Part shown: in pieces, positions 9,153 through 18,096 of the stretch
Layout of the letters: each line of letters opens with the position of its first letter
Position numbering within the stretch: position 1 is the first letter of the stretch
IMG/VR virus record: IMGVR_UViG_3300028394_002328
Span: 271,036-335,035 of that record
DNA length: 64,000 nucleotides
Strand: one strand, 5' to 3'
Notes under the pieces: generated by a model
Told to the model about the DNA's origin: nothing
Databases searched by the model: none
The model's input: only the letters and a program-made list of their open reading frames with translations
Position numbers and translations under genes: made by a program

Positions 9153-9281
9153 AGGTTAGTCCTTTGATAAAGTATTTATCACTCTAACCTAGAAATTGCG
9201 CTAACGGTGCATATACTGACAGGCTTTACACCTGATTGGACATTTGCTAGCGCACTCAGTCTAATGTCTAAATCATCAACT

Positions 9282-9355
9282 TGGCAGGGGTATAGGGATT
9301 CGAACCCCAACGAACGGAATCAAAATCCGGTATGCTACCATTACATCATACCCCA
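9282..9355 (-). tRNA. tRNA-Gln(UUG)
   Basis: Loop TT TTG AT, CCA. Confidence 0.92.
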
Positions 9356-9362
9356 ATTGTCT

Positions 9363-9439
9363 TGGTGGGTCCACCCGGACTCGAACCGGGAACTCTCAGA
9401 TTAAAAGTCTGATACTCTGACCAATTGAGTTATGGACCC
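9363..9439 (-). tRNA. tRNA-Lys(UUU)
   Basis: Loop CT TTT AA, CCA. Confidence 0.95.
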
Positions 9440-9446
9440 GAAAACT

Positions 9447-9522
9447 TGGCTCCCCGGGGTAGGATCGAACTACCGACACCCTGATTAACAGTCAGGTGCA
9501 ACTACCGCTGTGCTACCGAGGA
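9447..9522 (-). tRNA. tRNA-Asn(GUU), copy 1
   Basis: Loop CT GTT AA, CCA. Confidence 0.93.
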
Positions 9523-9528
9523 ATAAAC

Positions 9529-9735
9529 TTACAACTCTACACGCTCACGAAAATAAGAGTCCCAACCCTCTTCAGGGGGAGCTCCTATTACACGAGTTTC
9601 AACAAAAAATCGATAATCTCCAAAAGTTACAGTGTATTCACGGGCGGCGTCAACTGCCTGTGAACGTGATTCATAGACACCAAGAACTTCTGTCCCTTCA
9701 GGACCTTCATCAGTGACTAGAACATATACTTGCAT
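9529..9735 (-). CDS. Small hypothetical protein
   Basis: 68-aa ORF with AAGGA Shine-Dalgarno, downstream of a consensus promoter. Confidence 0.7.
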   Translation of the reverse strand: MQVYVLVTDEGPEGTEVLGVYESRSQAVDAAREYTVTFGDYRFFVETRVIGAPPEEGWDSYFRERVEL

Positions 9736-9776
9736 GATAGTTCCTTTTCTGTTCGTTTTTTCTCACTACAGAAACT

Positions 9777-9805
9777 ATTATACATACCTACCGATTAATT
9801 GTCAA
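9777..9805 (-). promoter_or_regulatory. Perfect sigma70 consensus promoter
   Basis: TTGACA-17 nt-TATAAT. Confidence 0.88.
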
Positions 9806-9843
9806 ACGCTTGTTGCTAGTTGTTTTTTAGCAACAGTGATATT

Positions 9844-9919
9844 TGGTGCCTCCACTTGGACTTGAACCAAGGACTTCCACCTTATCAAGGTGATACTCTA
9901 CCAACTGAGTTATAGAGGC
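9844..9919 (-). tRNA. tRNA-Ile(GAU)
   Basis: Loop TT GAT AA, CCA. Confidence 0.93.
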
Positions 9920-9923
9920 AATT

Positions 9924-10001
9924 TGGTCGGGGATGCAGGATTCGAACCTGCGACCTTCTGCTCCCAAAGCAGACCGTCTAACCGGACTGACGTAATCCCC
10001 G
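9924..10001 (-). tRNA. tRNA-Pro(UGG)
   Basis: CGGGGAT acceptor, loop TT TGG GA, CCA. Confidence 0.93.
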
Positions 10002-10008
10002 AATTCTA

Positions 10009-10082
10009 TGGCTCCGGTGGATGGAATCGAACCACCACTAGCGGTTTTGGAGACCGCCGCACTGCCATTATACTACACCGGA
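10009..10082 (-). tRNA. tRNA-Trp(CCA)
   Basis: Loop CT CCA AA, CCA end. Confidence 0.93.
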
Positions 10083-10088
10083 ATTGTT

Positions 10089-10174
10089 TGGTGGAGTGTA
10101 CTGGGATCGAACCAGTCGTGCCATAAAGACGGCGGATTTACAGTCCACTGCATCACCATTGATGCTTCCACTCC
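10089..10174 (-). tRNA. tRNA-Tyr(GUA)
   Basis: Loop CT GTA AA, long variable arm, CCA. Confidence 0.93.
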
Positions 10175-10240
10175 ATATTGAAACACACTTTTTAGTTCTT
10201 TCGACCTCTCCGCGTTCGGTAAAGGTAATGTGTTTTAATA

Positions 10241-10316
10241 TGGCGCGACTGGAGAGATTCGAACTCCCGACAGACCGGGTAGAAGCCGGATACTCTATCC
10301 ACTGAGTTACAGTCGC
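10241..10316 (-). tRNA. tRNA-Arg(UCU)
   Basis: Loop CT TCT AC, CCA. Confidence 0.93.
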
Positions 10317-10320
10317 AATA

Positions 10321-10396
10321 TGGCTCCTCGACCTGGGCTCGAACCAGGGACCAACGGATTAACAGTCCGGCACTCTACCAACTGAGCTATCGAGGA
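10321..10396 (-). tRNA. tRNA-Asn(GUU), copy 2
   Basis: Loop CT GTT AA, CCA. Confidence 0.95.
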
Positions 10397-11205
10397 AAAA
10401 ATTTTGTAAATGTGTTATTTAATAACGTTGTATTTAAACCTCTAAAACTTAAATATTCTATCAAGAAAGATAAACTATTATTATTTTCTTTAATACGCAA
10501 ATTTCTATGTATTCCTAAAACAAAACTGTTTTCATATATCTTTTCTAAGACTTTTTCTGTAGGCAATGAAGTTCGGTAATTCATAAACAACTTATTCATG
10601 CCGCTACTACAATGTAGTAATTCTGAATTAGGTAAAAACATATTATATAATGCAAACTCACTTGGCAATTCATCCTCAAAAAATAATGACGTATAATCAG
10701 TACAAATTATAGAATTGACTATAGATGTATTCATCTTATAAGGAGTCATGTAGTCAATATGAAGTTTTGGAATTTCTTTCTTATATTTTTTAGAAGTTTT
10801 TTCTAAAAAAACATCTACATCCATTCGTTTTTTGTTACCTTTATAATAAATGAACAAAGATCCATTACCGTGAGGTACATTCCAATCAGTAAGAGTGAAT
10901 GGCTTTATAAAAAAATTCTTACTATCTAATATCAAATAATTTTCAGTATTAATTTTTTTAGCAATTTCTAATTTTAGAATTTGCTGTTGCCGCCAGCCAG
11001 ATTGTAATACCAAATCATTTTGTATTAGTACTAATTTATGTCTAGTATAATACGGCGACAATGCCGATTGCCATTCACTTAATTCAATTTTAGTATCCTG
11101 AATTATAACGAAATGAGTTACATTGTCTATTACAAATTCCAAACTTGATGCTTGCAATAACATTGCATCAAAATCGGTACTAAAGGTAACAGTAACAAAA
11201 TTCAT
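10387..11205 (-). CDS. Nucleotide-sugar transferase-like protein (DUF6492-like)
   Basis: GWRQQQILKL and YLILDSKNFF motifs. Confidence 0.55.
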   Translation of the reverse strand: MNFVTVTFSTDFDAMLLQASSLEFVIDNVTHFVIIQDTKIELSEWQSALSPYYTRHKLVLIQNDLVLQSGWRQQQILKLEIAKKINTENYLILDSKNFFIKPFTLTDWNVPHGNGSLFIYYKGNKKRMDVDVFLEKTSKKYKKEIPKLHIDYMTPYKMNTSIVNSIICTDYTSLFFEDELPSEFALYNMFLPNSELLHCSSGMNKLFMNYRTSLPTEKVLEKIYENSFVLGIHRNLRIKENNNSLSFLIEYLSFRGLNTTLLNNTFTKFFPR

Positions 11206-11236
11206 ATTTAAATTACTGTCAGTAACGAGGGGCTAT

Positions 11237-11440
11237 CTATTTCATCAAAACCATTACTTTTTCAAAAGTTTCCTCAACTTCCCATGTACCGTGGGGAGGA
11301 GCAAACACAAAAGTAACTTCTTCTGATGTTCCATCTTCACGCAAGATAGTGCTTCTATGTACCGTTGCAATCAAATCTTTTCTAATTGCGACTTTTTTCC
11401 CTTTATGTGCGGGGTTAGCGTTGGTGAGTTTAATAAACAT
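11237..11440 (-). CDS. Small protein, possibly FlbD-like
   Basis: MFIKLT... start and V.ET..KV end resemble the FlbD pattern (weak). Confidence 0.4.
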   Translation of the reverse strand: MFIKLTNANPAHKGKKVAIRKDLIATVHRSTILREDGTSEEVTFVFAPPHGTWEVEETFEKVMVLMK

Positions 11441-11462
11441 TGTATTTTCTTTTAAAGTAAAT

Positions 11463-11538
11463 TGGTGCCCCCTGACGGATTCGAACCGCCGACCTACTGA
11501 TTACAAATCAGTTGCGCTACCAGCTGTGCCAAGAGGGC
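11463..11538 (-). tRNA. tRNA-Thr(UGU)
   Basis: Loop TT TGT AA, CCA. Confidence 0.95.
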
Positions 11539-11562
11539 GTGTTAATATTTAATTAGTATACA

Positions 11563-12123
11563 CTAACTCAATAAAATTCTACTATGTTTTGGTAATCCTG
11601 CTCTTAAATAATCCATCTGATCAGCCAAAATATTACGATTTTGTAATATCATATTTTCAAAATGGTTTGGCACATATGGAACATATAGTAGTTCCATTCT
11701 TGCCTCTTTAAGAGTTTTACACCCTTTCATAGCGTTACAATCTTTACATGCGGTAACTACATTCATCCATACATTTTCCCCACCTTTGCTTTTGGGGATA
11801 ATATGGTCTCTGCTTAGGCTGTTAACATTGGGAAAATAATCACCACAATATGCACAGATATGTCTATCTCTACCAAACAATGTTCTATTGCCTAGTGCTA
11901 CTTTACTATGCTTAGTTGGATTAAATCCATGTCCTTTGATAGCAATAATTGATTGAGTTTCAATGTAACTTAGTTCGCCATTGCGTTGAATTCCACCACG
12001 ATATTTAGCCACAATTTCACCCATAGTCCATGCAACACTTTTGGTTGCATGGTAAAGAATTGCGTTATCATATGAAATCCACTGTCGGGGCGTTCCCGAT
12101 ATATCCAGTGCTAAAACTGACAT
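11563..12123 (-). CDS. HNH endonuclease (McrA-like)
   Basis: RDRHICAYCG...DHIIPKSKGG..W.NVVTACKDCN..KG. Confidence 0.9.
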   Translation of the reverse strand: MSVLALDISGTPRQWISYDNAILYHATKSVAWTMGEIVAKYRGGIQRNGELSYIETQSIIAIKGHGFNPTKHSKVALGNRTLFGRDRHICAYCGDYFPNVNSLSRDHIIPKSKGGENVWMNVVTACKDCNAMKGCKTLKEARMELLYVPYVPNHFENMILQNRNILADQMDYLRAGLPKHSRILLS

Positions 12124-12227
12124 TAAAAACTCCTTGTTACTAACTATTTACAGTATGATCAATTTGGTAGAAATATCTATATGATACGTACCGCATTATA
12201 CTAAATATATCTACGCTATAGAATCCA

Positions 12228-12416
12228 TTAGCGCATACTATCAAGTTTACTTTCTGGTATTTTTTTAAGAGAATCTTTGCGAACCAAACAATCTCTTTGA
12301 GTACCATATTTAAACACACGCAAATATTCAATGCCATCAATCAACCTAATGTCGTTAGGGTTCTTGCATGAATATTTTTCTTTATTAACTAAATTTTCAA
12401 AATATGTTGTTTTCAT
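12228..12416 (-). CDS. Small hypothetical protein
   Basis: AAGGAG Shine-Dalgarno, 62 aa. Confidence 0.7.
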   Translation of the reverse strand: MKTTYFENLVNKEKYSCKNPNDIRLIDGIEYLRVFKYGTQRDCLVRKDSLKKIPESKLDSMR

Positions 12417-12420
12417 GATT

Positions 12421-12620
12421 ACTCCTTAATATGAACACTCTGGGGCCTCGCCTTACCAGGGCAAGCCTATGTCCGTCCCAAAGTGTGTAGTAAAACATAC
12501 TACATGTAATATGCTTTACTACTCGGTATTTTTCAAGCCACATTAGGCTTTTCATCCACCGCGCCGCCCGTTTCTCCGATTTATAGTGCGGAGTAGGTCC
12601 TCGTTACCTTACACTGTCTT
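12421..12620 (-). ncRNA. Candidate structured leader RNA/sRNA
   Basis: About 200-nt untranslated, multi-hairpin segment directly after a sigma70 promoter. Confidence 0.6.
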
Positions 12621-12623
12621 TCA

Positions 12624-12652
12624 ATTGTATCTCAATCTTCCTTTTCTGTCAA
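12624..12652 (-). promoter_or_regulatory. Sigma70-type promoter heading the tRNA array
   Basis: TTGACA-17 nt-TACAAT. Confidence 0.82.
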
Positions 12653-12656
12653 CCAT

Positions 12657-12683
12657 AAAAAAACCTCGGAATATTCCGAGGTT
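12657..12683 (-). terminator. Intrinsic terminator (attenuator)
   Basis: AACCTCGGA-ATAT-TCCGAGGTT followed by a T run. Confidence 0.88.
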
Positions 12684-12706
12684 CTGATAATTCGTATGTT
12701 TACTTG

Positions 12707-12802
12707 TTATCCAAACCTCGGAGTAGCCCTTCTATCAGATGTGGGATAGGCTGTCTCCAATGACCATGATTTAATATAGGTTGATAAGAAACAAGTTTTC
12801 AT
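12707..12802 (-). CDS. Putative leader peptide MKTCFLSTYIKSWSLETAYPTSDRRATPRFG (31 aa)
   Basis: Translated by hand; ATG 5 nt after TAAATA; last codons contain an exact copy of the terminator 3' arm. Confidence 0.65.
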   Translation of the reverse strand: MKTCFLSTYIKSWSLETAYPTSDRRATPRFG

Positions 12803-12836
12803 AAAGCTATTTATCCCTAATTATTATTTTAAATAA

Positions 12837-13439
12837 TTACCAACTAGCTAATACACAATATCTAGTATATACTTCTAATGGTAATGTCCAATCATCTTCT
12901 ATTTTAAATCCACGAGATACTAATTCTTTTATCAAAGGCTCGGTACTAGTAACAGTATTAATATGAGTATCTATTTGAAAATCTGTACTTTGTAAATAAA
13001 CATATCCTGATTCATACTTTTTAAAGTTTAACCAATCATAATTCATATGCTCACATGAGGTATTAACTATCAAGGTATTGTTCTTAATATTATCTTCCCA
13101 AGTATTACATTGCGTTGCATCGGCAATTATTGATTTAAAATCCCAATCATAGTTTAATTTTCTACTGAAATTAGCCCAAAAATGATCTAGTTCAATTCCT
13201 ATAGCACTTTTGATAATATCATGTTCATGTAACATATGGGGCAGCATACCATGCCACTGCCCCATAAAGATACAATAATAATCAGTTAAATTAGATAGGT
13301 GTTTAACCGCGCCAATCTTACTATGCAATTGTGAGTAAGTTAACCCATGTCTTAGATGCCTATGTGTGGCTTCATCAACATTTAAACCCCATTCACTAAC
13401 TTGCATGAGTCTCCCAATTGAATTGGCTAGTTTTTCCAT
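12837..13439 (-). CDS. Methyltransferase-like protein
   Basis: FMGQWHG glycine loop, IELD, IVNTSCEH. Confidence 0.6.
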   Translation of the reverse strand: MEKLANSIGRLMQVSEWGLNVDEATHRHLRHGLTYSQLHSKIGAVKHLSNLTDYYCIFMGQWHGMLPHMLHEHDIIKSAIGIELDHFWANFSRKLNYDWDFKSIIADATQCNTWEDNIKNNTLIVNTSCEHMNYDWLNFKKYESGYVYLQSTDFQIDTHINTVTSTEPLIKELVSRGFKIEDDWTLPLEVYTRYCVLASW

Positions 13440-13485
13440 ATACTATATTTAATATATGAGCTAGGTTTAATAATATAAATATTGT

Positions 13486-14157
13486 ATGCCAAAAATAAAT
13501 TATTTTTTAGATTCATACAAATATTTTTGCCAATTAAACCAAGATCCAATCACAGGTTCCGTATTAGACTATGGCTGTAACTATGGAATGTTTTTAGAAA
13601 GTAGCAGAAGTTTATTCTCTGAAAACATGTATACTGGTATAGATGTAGACTTAGAGGCATTGCAAGCTGGTAAGAAAATGTTTCCAAATGCAAAATTTAT
13701 TCATTATGACAAACATAATTTTATGTACAACCCAACCGGGTCTAGAAGCCTTTGGCCTGACATTAATGAACAATTTGATTGTATTATAAGTTATAGTGTC
13801 ATAACACATACCACAAAAGAAGACATGTTAGATGCTATTGCCTGGCTCTATACTAAGTTGAAATCAGATAAAAAAATGTTTATTACTTGGTTAGATCAAG
13901 AAAATAAAATAGCATTAGCTTACTTTTATCAAAAACGTATGAAAGATTTTGGTAGTTGTGATAGGATTCAAACAGAAGATTACGTTTATCTCATTGACAA
14001 TAAAACATCCAAAGTACCCAATGATGGGATGTTTTTAGCTTTTTACAAAAAAGAATATTTGGCTAGCTTGTTGTCCGATTATGATTTTTCTTTAGAGCAA
14101 TCACCTGATTTTACTAATAGATGTTTTCAAGACTGTATAATTATAAAGAAAATATAA
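13486..14157 (+). CDS. SAM-dependent methyltransferase
   Basis: VLDYGCNYG, YTGIDVD, FDCIISYSVITH. Confidence 0.85.
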   Translation: MPKINYFLDSYKYFCQLNQDPITGSVLDYGCNYGMFLESSRSLFSENMYTGIDVDLEALQAGKKMFPNAKFIHYDKHNFMYNPTGSRSLWPDINEQFDCIISYSVITHTTKEDMLDAIAWLYTKLKSDKKMFITWLDQENKIALAYFYQKRMKDFGSCDRIQTEDYVYLIDNKTSKVPNDGMFLAFYKKEYLASLLSDYDFSLEQSPDFTNRCFQDCIIIKKI

Positions 14158-14690
14158 TGAAATATTATTTTAAAGTTAATTTTTTAGAGACTAGGAAGTA
14201 CACTGATTATTTTTTAAAATTAATTTCCTCGACAGTTTTTATTAATAACAGTGTTGCTTCGGTGTCATTTAATATTAATGATCCGATGATAAAAGAAATT
14301 TCTTCAACATTGAAAGAACTGCAATTACCTATGATTGGTCAATTTATATTTTTTAAACATCACCGTAATCAAGATATACACAAAGAAGATATCAGATGTA
14401 GTTTAAATTTGCCTTTAATAGGATATGAAAACTCATTGATGCATTTTTATCAAATTAATGCTTTACCTATAAAGAAAAAAAGTGCTTATTATTATAAAGA
14501 AACTGATGAAAAAACAATAATAGAGACTTTACCAGGTACAAACGAATGGGTTTTGGTTGATTCTTCCGTACCACATTGCATTGTTAACAGCGATTTTAAT
14601 AATCCTAGATGTACGATAGCCTTAAGATTTTTAGGAAACCCGACACTGGAAGAATTGAAATTTAAAATTGAACAATTACAGCAACATTAA
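14157..14690 (+). CDS. Cupin/2OG-Fe(II) oxygenase-like protein (start MKYYFK)
   Basis: IHKED...SLNLPL...VPHCIVN...R pattern; TAATG coupling to the upstream gene. Confidence 0.6.
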   Translation: MKYYFKVNFLETRKYTDYFLKLISSTVFINNSVASVSFNINDPMIKEISSTLKELQLPMIGQFIFFKHHRNQDIHKEDIRCSLNLPLIGYENSLMHFYQINALPIKKKSAYYYKETDEKTIIETLPGTNEWVLVDSSVPHCIVNSDFNNPRCTIALRFLGNPTLEELKFKIEQLQQH

Positions 14691-16145
14691 TTTTTCATAA
14701 TATTGATTTTTTAATATTACCGTTTTTTCATCTAATTTTTTACCAAATGATTCAAAAGTTAAAGTATCATCTTGTAGAAATTTAAATAAATCTTCCATAG
14801 TATATCCTAAATTAAGAATTCTTCCTACCCAAGTAGCAGCGCCAAATTTATTTTTCTTTTGAACTCTTGGGTCGTTTCTAATATCTTTTACTAAAGCAAC
14901 TGCTTCTTGAAAAGTCATATCATCATTTTCCCACGGACGATCCTTTTCTATTTTAAACCCGAATTTTTTAGGATCCCTATCTATTTTACTAGAATTTCTT
15001 CCATCTGGAGAGTCTCTAACAGTAAGAGGCAAAAATCCAAATACATCAAGAGGACAATCATCACTAACTAAGTAATCTACGCTAGCCAGTATACTTTCCC
15101 TACTTTCACCAGGAAGTCCGGCAATAAAAGTACTACTCGCAATAATATTATTTTTCCATAACTCATTACAATAACTTAAAGTTTCTTTAATTCTATTTGG
15201 ACCCAGTCCTTTACCTATTTTTTTACCTGCTTCTTCATTCAGTGTTTCTATTCCAAAGTGAAGACTTTTTGCACCGCTTTCTAAAAGGAGTTCCCTCATC
15301 TCAGGAAACTTCCAAATTAAATCTAATCTCGCATAACTAGTATATGTTAATTTAAACGGTAATGTAGTTAACACACTATGTATGAATTCCATTTTAGGAA
15401 CACTTTCATTGATTAGTTCATCAGTAAACATGTAATGAGTAGTGCCATATAGTTCATAATTTCTAAGTAATTCTGATTTTAAAGTTTCTCCATTTTTTTG
15501 CCAATCACCTGCTTTTTTACCTATCAGGTCAAATCTGCAAAATGCACAACTAAAAATACACCCTCTAGCTATTTCCACAGGTAGAGATTCACCATGGAAA
15601 ATAATATCATGGGGTTCATATATAATTTGACTATGAGCAAATTGTTCTTGAGTATAAAAATAATCATTTCCGTCAATGTAAATACATTGGTCCTTTTTCA
15701 TTATTTTTATATCATCGCCGTCTTTAAGATGTCTAATCAATTTAATAATAACATTATCGGCTTTGTTTAATATAATGTAATCAGTTCCTGCCCAATAACA
15801 ATAGTCAGTTAGTCTAGCACCACCTAAACAAATTTTAACTTTTGAGTTTTTAGATTTAGCATAATTGGCTATATTAGTAAATTCTTCATTAGGTCTTCCA
15901 AAATTCAAAACTTTTCCGTTAATTCGTTTTTCCATTAGGGTAGCACCAAACCCCACTAATAAAGTGTCTTTAGTGACAAATTTATCTATGATTTTTTCTA
16001 ATTGGTCATATTGATAAAAACTAAAAAGATCAACAACTTGACAAGTATAGCCATATTTTCGTATTTCAGTAGCTACTTTATAAGTACCTGCATATTTTCC
16101 ATATCCATATGTGTCAGCAACGTCAGTAAATAATATTATCTGCAT
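14676..16145 (-). CDS. Cobalamin-binding radical SAM protein
   Basis: N-terminal B12-binding-like domain; ARGCIFSCAFC; FTDELIN; FGIETLN; GLPGES. Confidence 0.85.
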   Translation of the reverse strand: MQIILFTDVADTYGYGKYAGTYKVATEIRKYGYTCQVVDLFSFYQYDQLEKIIDKFVTKDTLLVGFGATLMEKRINGKVLNFGRPNEEFTNIANYAKSKNSKVKICLGGARLTDYCYWAGTDYIILNKADNVIIKLIRHLKDGDDIKIMKKDQCIYIDGNDYFYTQEQFAHSQIIYEPHDIIFHGESLPVEIARGCIFSCAFCRFDLIGKKAGDWQKNGETLKSELLRNYELYGTTHYMFTDELINESVPKMEFIHSVLTTLPFKLTYTSYARLDLIWKFPEMRELLLESGAKSLHFGIETLNEEAGKKIGKGLGPNRIKETLSYCNELWKNNIIASSTFIAGLPGESRESILASVDYLVSDDCPLDVFGFLPLTVRDSPDGRNSSKIDRDPKKFGFKIEKDRPWENDDMTFQEAVALVKDIRNDPRVQKKNKFGAATWVGRILNLGYTMEDLFKFLQDDTLTFESFGKKLDEKTVILKNQYYEKLMLL

Positions 16146-16214
16146 GTCATATTTCGATTGGTAAAAAGCCGTAGATAAATATACTTATCTACAGTAGCAG
16201 TTACAGATAATAAA

Positions 16215-16718
16215 ATGATAAAAATATTAGATCAAATTGAAGTAAGTAAAGTTTTAGAGGCATATTATGCTCTAGAAAACGGGATAGTTTGGACTGGATA
16301 TGGTCAGAATAGTAGACAGACAGGTCTTCAATATAAACTAAATGAGGATCCTTGGACAAGCGGTGTAGGTAAAAGTAAGGGACATGAGTTAGATTATGAC
16401 ATAATCAATCCCTTTTTTAAAGACACAATATTTGAAAATATTATTGAAAAGTATTCGTTAAAAAGAACTAGATTCATGTGGCTTGGGCCATATTCTTGTT
16501 ATAGTATGCATAGGGATTATACGATAAGGATTCATGTTCCAATAATAACAAATCCAGACTGCTATTTTGTTTTTAAATTAGGGGAAGTTATTCATTTGCC
16601 AGTTGATAGTGTTTACCAAGTTACTACTACTGAACTTCATACTTTTATTAATTGTTCCAATAGCTATCGATTACATTTAATAGGAATACCAACATTTGCT
16701 AATATTAGGTCAAATTAA
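16215..16718 (+). CDS. Asp/Asn beta-hydroxylase-like 2OG-Fe(II) oxygenase
   Basis: SMHRD..IRIHVPIITNP...LHTFINC..RLHLI. Confidence 0.75.
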   Translation: MIKILDQIEVSKVLEAYYALENGIVWTGYGQNSRQTGLQYKLNEDPWTSGVGKSKGHELDYDIINPFFKDTIFENIIEKYSLKRTRFMWLGPYSCYSMHRDYTIRIHVPIITNPDCYFVFKLGEVIHLPVDSVYQVTTTELHTFINCSNSYRLHLIGIPTFANIRSN

Positions 16719-16723
16719 ATAAA

Positions 16724-17338
16724 ATGTTTACAACTAAAAGTGTTTTTGACCAAGACTATCACCTAAGTCATAAAGAACAATTATTGAATTATTTTATTGC
16801 GGCTTATCAGGAAAAAGATCATCCGGGACATATTAATATGTGGGATGAAAATTGGGAAGAAAAAAATTTCACTTTACCTTATTTAATTTACAAAAGTGAA
16901 AGATTTAGAAATGGACACGGTGACATGCATATTATACTTGATGAGCAAGATAATATTATTGCCAATGCAGGAGTCAACATATCTGATTTTGATCCTTTTG
17001 TAGCTTTATCCGGTGTTAGGTCTTGGATAAATAAAGAACATAGAACGCAACTATTAATTGGAAAATATATCTTACCCATACAGTTGAGTTGGGCAAAAGA
17101 AAAAAATTTAAAGACTATTGCTATATCATTCAATGATTATAATAAAAATTTAATAAAACATATTACAAGATCGGGTTTAGGAATTAAAAAAAGACGTGGT
17201 CCACATAGTATGTTTTACAATGGTCAATATGAAGTTGAGTTCCCAGTGACTATTAATTATACTAAACAATGGGTAGTATACCACAAAATAGACGAAGATT
17301 ATATCCCAAATTGGGAATTAATAAGGTATGTTGAATAA
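16724..17338 (+). CDS. GNAT-like acyltransferase
   Basis: RSWINKEHR..LLIG..ILPIQL.WAK...I.ISFNDYN. Confidence 0.5.
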   Translation: MFTTKSVFDQDYHLSHKEQLLNYFIAAYQEKDHPGHINMWDENWEEKNFTLPYLIYKSERFRNGHGDMHIILDEQDNIIANAGVNISDFDPFVALSGVRSWINKEHRTQLLIGKYILPIQLSWAKEKNLKTIAISFNDYNKNLIKHITRSGLGIKKRRGPHSMFYNGQYEVEFPVTINYTKQWVVYHKIDEDYIPNWELIRYVE

Positions 17339-18096
17339 TGAAATATTTGGCCTCATCTGCACATAGTTTAAGTATAGTTCAATTATTATCTGTAATCCTA
17401 ACTATAATAGGGTTCAACTATTTTGATTTTAATTTAGTAAATTGCTCCTTAATATTTTTAGGTTATTTTATTTTTAGTGGTTTGGGTGTAAGCATGACAT
17501 TGCATAGATACTACTCTCACAAATCATTCGAATTTAGATATACATGGTTGAAATGGTTATTTACTATAGTAGCAGTATTAGCCGGACGAGGCAGCCCTGT
17601 TGGATGGGCTTATATACATCGATTACATCATAAATTTTCAGATACAGATAAGGATCCACATGGAGCTAAAACTGTAGGATGGAAAATAATATTCCCAAGT
17701 CTTGTAGAAAATTACAAAGATCCTATAGACAAAAAGGTTATCAAAGACTTCATGAATAAACCTCATATACTAATAAGTAGGTATTACATGGGTTTTATAA
17801 TATTATGGTCTGTTCTATTATTAATTCTGAGTCCTGCTATCTTTTATTTTTTGTATGTCATACCTGTGTTTTTGACTTTTGTAAGTCTAGATTTGTTTGT
17901 TTTATTAACACATAAATACGGGTACATTAGTCATAGTACCACCGACAACAGCAAAAATAATTGGTTTATATCATTGATTCTTTGGGGAGAGGGATGGCAT
18001 AACAATCACCATAACAACCCAAGAAAATGGAATTTAAAAGAAAATTGGTGGGAAATAGATTTATTATCATACTGCATAATGCTTGTAAAAAAATGA
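17338..18096 (+). CDS. Membrane fatty acid desaturase (delta-9-like), copy 1
   Basis: His boxes HRYYSH, HRLHH, HNNHH; DPH; transmembrane segments. Confidence 0.92.
   Translation: MKYLASSAHSLSIVQLLSVILTIIGFNYFDFNLVNCSLIFLGYFIFSGLGVSMTLHRYYSHKSFEFRYTWLKWLFTIVAVLAGRGSPVGWAYIHRLHHKFSDTDKDPHGAKTVGWKIIFPSLVENYKDPIDKKVIKDFMNKPHILISRYYMGFIILWSVLLLILSPAIFYFLYVIPVFLTFVSLDLFVLLTHKYGYISHSTTDNSKNNWFISLILWGEGWHNNHHNNPRKWNLKENWWEIDLLSYCIMLVKK

Noticed and set aside
9207-10305. Plus-strand ORFs 9207-9404, 9890-10126 and 10084-10305
   Set aside because: Antisense readings of tRNA genes
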